The notes beneath the pieces are model-generated. The model had not been told where the DNA came from and searched no databases. It saw only the letters and a program-made list of their open reading frames with translations. The position numbers and the translations under genes were made by a program. Below are positions 59,528 through 64,000 of a stretch of 64,000 nucleotides of DNA, in pieces; within the stretch, counting starts at the first letter, position 1, and each line of letters starts with the position of its first letter. Origin of the DNA: Sphingomicrobium sp. (GTDB taxonomy: Bacteria > Pseudomonadota > Alphaproteobacteria > Sphingomonadales > Sphingomonadaceae); contig DASTCB010000164.1 in the NCBI GenBank assembly GCA_035711585.1, forward strand, positions 10,783 through 74,782, written 5' to 3'.

Positions 59528-61795
59528 ATGCCCCTAAGCGCCGCAGCCTCCGCCCGCGAAATCTTGACCGGCCTCCACGAGGTCATGGCCAAGCGCGGAT
59601 CGGCGCAAAGCAAGCTCGACCGGGTCGTCGACCTGATCGCCGAGGCGATGAAGAGCGAGGTCTGTTCGATCTACCTGCTGCGCGACAATGCGCTCGAGCT
59701 GTCGGCGACCCATGGGCTTCGCAAGGAAGCGGTTCATGTCACGCGCCTGGCGATGGGCGAGGGACTGGTCGGCACGATCGCGGAGGAAGGCCGCATCCTG
59801 AACCTCGACGAAGCGGCCAATCATCCGGCCTTCGCCTATCGGCCGGAAACCGGCGAGGAACGGTTCCACAGCTTTGCCGGCGTTCCGATCATCCGCCGCG
59901 AAAGCCCGATCGGCGTTCTTGCGGTCCAGCATGCCGAGCCGCGGCGCTACGACGATGTCGAGATCGAGGCGCTGCAGACCGTGGCGATGGTGCTGTCGGA
60001 AATGATCGCCAGCGCACGGCTGGTCGACGGTGGCCGGCTGGCGCGGCGCGACGCGGGCATGCAGCGGGTGGCCGGCCTCAAGCTGGTCACCGGAATGTCC
60101 AAGGGCGCCGCCGTCTTCCACCAGCCCAAGGTGGTGGTCGAACATACGGTCGCCGAGGACATCGAGGCCGAGCGGGCCCGGGTCTATTCCGCGTTCCGCC
60201 GGATGCGCGAGCAGATCGACAATATGACGCGCGAGGCCGAGTTCGGCACCGCCGGCGAGCACAACGAGATCCTCGAGACCTACAAGATGTTCGCCTACGA
60301 CGAGGGCTGGTCGCGGCGGATCAACGAGGCGATCGACAGCGGCCTGACCGCCGAGGCGGCGATCGAGCGGGTCCAGCAGCGCACCCGGGCGCGGATGCAG
60401 GAGATCGACGACCCGCTCCTCAAGGAGCGGATGCACGACCTGGAGGATCTGTCCAACCGGCTGATGCGCATCGTTTCGGGCCGGATGGGCACCGCGGCGC
60501 AGACCGGCCTTACCAGGGATGCGATCCTGATCGCGAAGAATCTGGGACCGGCCGAGCTGCTCGAATATGATCGGCGACGGCTGAAGGGCGTGGTGCTCGA
60601 GGAAGGCTCGCTGACCGCCCACATGACCATTGTCGCGCGGGCCATGGGCGTGCCGGTGATCGGGCGCATCGGCGACATTCGCCACATCGCCAACGAGGGC
60701 GACACCATCCTGGTCGATGGCGACAACGGCAGCGTCATCGTCCGGCCCAGCCGACCGTTGGTCACCGCCTTCGATCAGCGCATGTCGGTCAGCGCCAAGC
60801 GCCGGGCCGAATTCGCGGCGATCCGCACCCTGCCGCCGGAAACGAAGGACGGCCAGCGGATCGGCCTGATGGTCAACGCCGGCCTGGCCGAGGATGCGGC
60901 CGGGCTGGAAGCTGCGGGCGCCGACGGCATCGGCCTGTTTCGCACCGAATTCCAGTTCCTGATCGCCGCCACCCTGCCCGGCCGCGAGAGCCAGCTCAGG
61001 CTCTACAAGAGCGTGCTCGACGCCGCCGGCGACAAGCCGGTGGTGTTCCGCACGGTCGACATCGGCGGCGACAAGGCGCTCCCCTATCTCAGCGACGATG
61101 AGAAGGACGAGAGCGAGAACCCGGCGATGGGGTGGCGCGCGCTGCGCCTCAGCCTCGAGCGCAAGGCGCTGATGAAGGCCCAGGCCCGGGCACTGATCGA
61201 GGCTTCCTCGGGGAAGGTGCTTCGAGTGATGTTCCCGATGGTTAGCGAGCCCTGGGAATATGAGGAGGCGCGCGCCCTGTTCGAGGAGCAGATCGCCTGG
61301 GCCAAGGGGGCCAAGCGTGGCGGACCCAAGGCGGTCGAATTCGGGGCAATGCTGGAGGTGCCGAGCCTGGCCGAAATGTTGGACCTGCTGCTGCCGCGGA
61401 TCGATTTCCTGTCGATCGGGACCAACGACCTGACCCAGTTCCTATTCGCTGCCGACCGGGCGGACCCGCGGCTGGCCGAACGTTACGACTGGTTGAGCCC
61501 GGCAATCCTCCGCTTCCTGCGCCGCGTCGCAACCCAGGCCAGGGCGGCGGGAGTGCCCGTTCGAGTTTGCGGTGAAATGGCCGGACGCCCGCTGGAGGCG
61601 CTGGCGTTGATTGGCATCGGCATCGACAATTTCTCGATCACGCCGGCGGCCGTTGGGCCGGTCAAGGCGATGGTCCGCTCGGTCGAGGCCTCCGCGGTCC
61701 GCACGCGGCTCGACTCGCTGCTGGCCAAGCCCCCCGCCAACCTCAGAAAGTCGCTCCGCGACTGGGCCAGACGGCACGGGGTGGATGTCGGATAA
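59528..61795 (+). CDS. ptsP: PTS(Ntr) enzyme I (GAF + EI)
   Basis: N-terminal GAF; SLTAH phospho-His; GLFRTEF; DIGGDK; SIGTNDL; CGE. Confidence 0.96.
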   Translation: MPLSAAASAREILTGLHEVMAKRGSAQSKLDRVVDLIAEAMKSEVCSIYLLRDNALELSATHGLRKEAVHVTRLAMGEGLVGTIAEEGRILNLDEAANHPAFAYRPETGEERFHSFAGVPIIRRESPIGVLAVQHAEPRRYDDVEIEALQTVAMVLSEMIASARLVDGGRLARRDAGMQRVAGLKLVTGMSKGAAVFHQPKVVVEHTVAEDIEAERARVYSAFRRMREQIDNMTREAEFGTAGEHNEILETYKMFAYDEGWSRRINEAIDSGLTAEAAIERVQQRTRARMQEIDDPLLKERMHDLEDLSNRLMRIVSGRMGTAAQTGLTRDAILIAKNLGPAELLEYDRRRLKGVVLEEGSLTAHMTIVARAMGVPVIGRIGDIRHIANEGDTILVDGDNGSVIVRPSRPLVTAFDQRMSVSAKRRAEFAAIRTLPPETKDGQRIGLMVNAGLAEDAAGLEAAGADGIGLFRTEFQFLIAATLPGRESQLRLYKSVLDAAGDKPVVFRTVDIGGDKALPYLSDDEKDESENPAMGWRALRLSLERKALMKAQARALIEASSGKVLRVMFPMVSEPWEYEEARALFEEQIAWAKGAKRGGPKAVEFGAMLEVPSLAEMLDLLLPRIDFLSIGTNDLTQFLFAADRADPRLAERYDWLSPAILRFLRRVATQARAAGVPVRVCGEMAGRPLEALALIGIGIDNFSITPAAVGPVKAMVRSVEASAVRTRLDSLLAKPPANLRKSLRDWARRHGVDVG

Positions 61796-61877
61796 TTCAC
61801 CCGCGTAGAACGGTTGACACGGGCGAGTCACCTCCCGACAACGGGCGCAAATTCAAGCCGATAAGGCGGGGAGATAG

Positions 61878-62711
61878 ATGGACGAAACGGATGCCGAAGA
61901 GGTCGTGACGGTCGGCCAGCGCCTTCGCGAGGCACGCGAAACCAAGGGGCTGACGGTGGAGGACATCGCCGGCCAGACCCGCATTCCGACGCGCCACCTG
62001 GCCAGCCTCGAGACCGGCGACTGGGACAAGCTTCCGGCCGCGACTTACTCGGTCGGCTTCGCCAAAAATTATGCCAGCGCGGTGGGATTGGACCGCGACG
62101 AGATCGGTGAGCAGCTCCGCGTCGAAATGGGCGGGGTGCGTCCGATGGCCGCACATCCGGAAGTCTATGAGGCGGTCGATCCGGCCCGGACCATGCCCAG
62201 GGGACTAGTGCTCGCGGCGCTCGGACTGCTGGCGGTCGTCGTGTTGGCCTTCACCTGGCTCAACAACCGGTCGCTCGAGGAAGAGCCGGTGGCCGAAGCT
62301 GCCAATGTGGAAGCGCCCCCAAGCAATGAGATGGCGGCACCGCCCGCTCCCGCCCCTGCCGCGGCCGGGCCGATCGTGCTGACCGCGACCGACGCGGTGT
62401 GGATCGAGGTCAAGGACGGCGACGCCACCCTGCATCAGGGCGAGCTGGCCGCCGGCCAAAGCTATACCGTCCCGGCCAATGCGGTCGCGCCGGTGCTGAC
62501 CACCGGCAAGCCCGAAGCGCTGCGCGTGGCCGTTGGAACTTCCCCGGCCCCGCCGGTCGGCGAGCCTGGACGGACCGTGTCGGGAGTCAGCCTGAAGCCG
62601 GCCGACCTGCTTCGCGGCGGGGCGGCGGCGGCCGAAGCGCGCGATGCCGGCGTTCCAACTGAATCCAGCAGCGTCGCTCCAGCAACTTCTGGACAGGCCG
62701 CAACCCAATGA
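61878..62711 (+). CDS. rodZ: RodZ-like protein (HTH, TM, DUF4115)
   Basis: GQRLREARE, TRIPTRHLASLE, GFAKNYA, TM, WIEVKD. Confidence 0.85.
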   Translation: MDETDAEEVVTVGQRLREARETKGLTVEDIAGQTRIPTRHLASLETGDWDKLPAATYSVGFAKNYASAVGLDRDEIGEQLRVEMGGVRPMAAHPEVYEAVDPARTMPRGLVLAALGLLAVVVLAFTWLNNRSLEEEPVAEAANVEAPPSNEMAAPPAPAPAAAGPIVLTATDAVWIEVKDGDATLHQGELAAGQSYTVPANAVAPVLTTGKPEALRVAVGTSPAPPVGEPGRTVSGVSLKPADLLRGGAAAAEARDAGVPTESSSVAPATSGQAATQ

Positions 62712-62792
62712 TTTTACTGCAATGATTCACCGGCGAGTCATCCAGCATGGGTGATGCTCGCACTGTCGCTGATTGCCAGATTGAGGACCAAC

Positions 62793-63692
62793 ATGCGTTT
62801 CCGCTCCACCCTTCCGATCGCCGCCCTCGCCGCACTTGCCTTGTCGCCTGCCGTCGCCCAACGCCGCCCGCCGACCCCCGAGCAGCGGATCGAGCGGCTC
62901 GAGAAGCAGGTTCGCCAGGTGCAGCGGCAGGTATTCCCCAAGGGCCAGCCGGCCGACTCGGCGGGCTTCAGCGATGCGCCGGCGGCGACCCAGGAGTCGG
63001 TCAGCAACCTCAATAATCGGATCGATGCAGTCGAACGGCAGCTATCCGAAATCCTCCGCGCTTCGGAAGAGAATGGGAACCGCGTCGCGGTGATGGAAGC
63101 CGAGCTGGCGCGGCTCCGCGCCGACCAGGACCGCCGAATCCGCGCGCTGGAGACCGCACCGCCAAGCGAGGAGGCCTCACCGGATGAGCCTGCCGGCAAT
63201 GTCGAGGAGCAGCCCGACGAAGTGGCGGAGGTGCCGCCACCATCCCGGCCCAAGGTCGAAAGACCGGAACCAACACCCGCGGCCTTGACCACAACCGACG
63301 CCGACCCGGCCGAGCTGGCCTATGACGAGGGCTACCAGCTGTGGAACTCGGGCAAATATGACGCTGCGATCAAGTCACTGCAGGCGTTCACCAAGAAATA
63401 TCCCGATCACCGCCGGACCAGCTGGGCCTACAACCTCGCCGGCCGGGCGATGCTCGACAAGGGCCAGCCGCGAGCCGCTGCGGAAGCGCTGCTTGCCAAT
63501 TACCGCCGCGACCCCAAGGGCGAGCGGGCGCAGGACAGCCTCTTCTATCTCGGCCAGGCGCTGATGAAGCTCGGCCAGTCCAGCCAGGCGTGCAAGGCCT
63601 ATGCGGAACTGGAGGAAGTCTATTCCGACGGCGTCCGCGGGCCGCTCAAGGCTGCGCTGCCCGGCGCCAAGTCCGAGGCCAAGTGCGGCTGA
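62793..63692 (+). CDS. cpoB: Tol-Pal/cell-division coordinator CpoB (YbgF)
   Basis: Signal peptide, coiled coil, TPRs (YDEGYQLW, AYNLAGR, DSLFYLGQAL, ACKAYAEL). Confidence 0.88.
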   Translation: MRFRSTLPIAALAALALSPAVAQRRPPTPEQRIERLEKQVRQVQRQVFPKGQPADSAGFSDAPAATQESVSNLNNRIDAVERQLSEILRASEENGNRVAVMEAELARLRADQDRRIRALETAPPSEEASPDEPAGNVEEQPDEVAEVPPPSRPKVERPEPTPAALTTTDADPAELAYDEGYQLWNSGKYDAAIKSLQAFTKKYPDHRRTSWAYNLAGRAMLDKGQPRAAAEALLANYRRDPKGERAQDSLFYLGQALMKLGQSSQACKAYAELEEVYSDGVRGPLKAALPGAKSEAKCG

Positions 63693-63696
63693 TCAA

Positions 63697-64000
63697 ATGA
63701 CTCCGGCGGCGGACGCGACGAAGCGCTTCGCCGCCGACCTCGACGCGCTGATCGATCGCTCGACGCGGATCGGCGTGGCCGTTTCGGGAGGGCCGGACAG
63801 CCTGGCCCTGCTGTTGCTCGCCGCCGCGGCACGGCCTGGCCAAATCGCGGCCGCCACCGTCGACCATCGTCTCCGTCCCGAAAGCGCGGCCGAAGCGGAA
63901 ATAGTGGCCAGCCTGTGCGCCCGGCTCGATGTCCCGCACCGCACGCTAGCCGCCGACTGGATCGATCCGCCGACGGCCAATATGCAGGCCGAGGCCCGGG
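63697..64000 (+). CDS. tilS: tRNA(Ile)-lysidine synthetase, 5' partial
   Basis: Manual translation: GVAVSGGPDSLAL PP-loop, TVDHRLRPES, QAEAR; runs off the window. Confidence 0.92.
   Translation, partial: MTPAADATKRFAADLDALIDRSTRIGVAVSGGPDSLALLLLAAAARPGQIAAATVDHRLRPESAAEAEIVASLCARLDVPHRTLAADWIDPPTANMQAEAR

Overview
High-GC alphaproteobacterial chromosome segment, most consistent with Sphingomonadaceae (Sphingomonas/Sphingomicrobium-like; inferred from gene content and protein families). It is mostly housekeeping: hflK-hflC-degP, mrp, pmbA, ubiA, rsmE, gshA, ku-ligD, phoR-pstSCAB-phoU-phoB with a Pho box, rlmB, alkA, glpK, uppP, fzlA, ubiG, aspartate kinase, ptsP, rodZ, cpoB and the start of tilS, plus tRNA-Gly(TCC), tRNA-Tyr(GTA) and tRNA-Leu(CAG). 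I found no integrase, transposase, prophage or CRISPR array. The most interesting accessory material is: (1) a three-gene cassette after tRNA-Tyr encoding a membrane-anchored LuxR-type regulator, a 116-aa helical protein with a Cys/Pro tail, and a small multi-pass membrane protein, which may be an uncharacterised peptide or membrane signalling module; (2) a translationally coupled ATP-grasp / GNAT / Fe(II)-2OG dioxygenase / proline iminopeptidase / MFS operon behind a TonB-dependent receptor; (3) a large autotransporter with an ECF-type promoter and a P15-Cys-x11-Cys-P14-EPERG tail after the barrel; (4) a hairpin-dense non-coding stretch in front of an orphan mreB paralogue; (5) a class A beta-lactamase-fold protein lacking Glu166; and (6) REP-like palindromic elements, one nested in a second repeat. 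All assignments come from motif reading only; no database searches were run.
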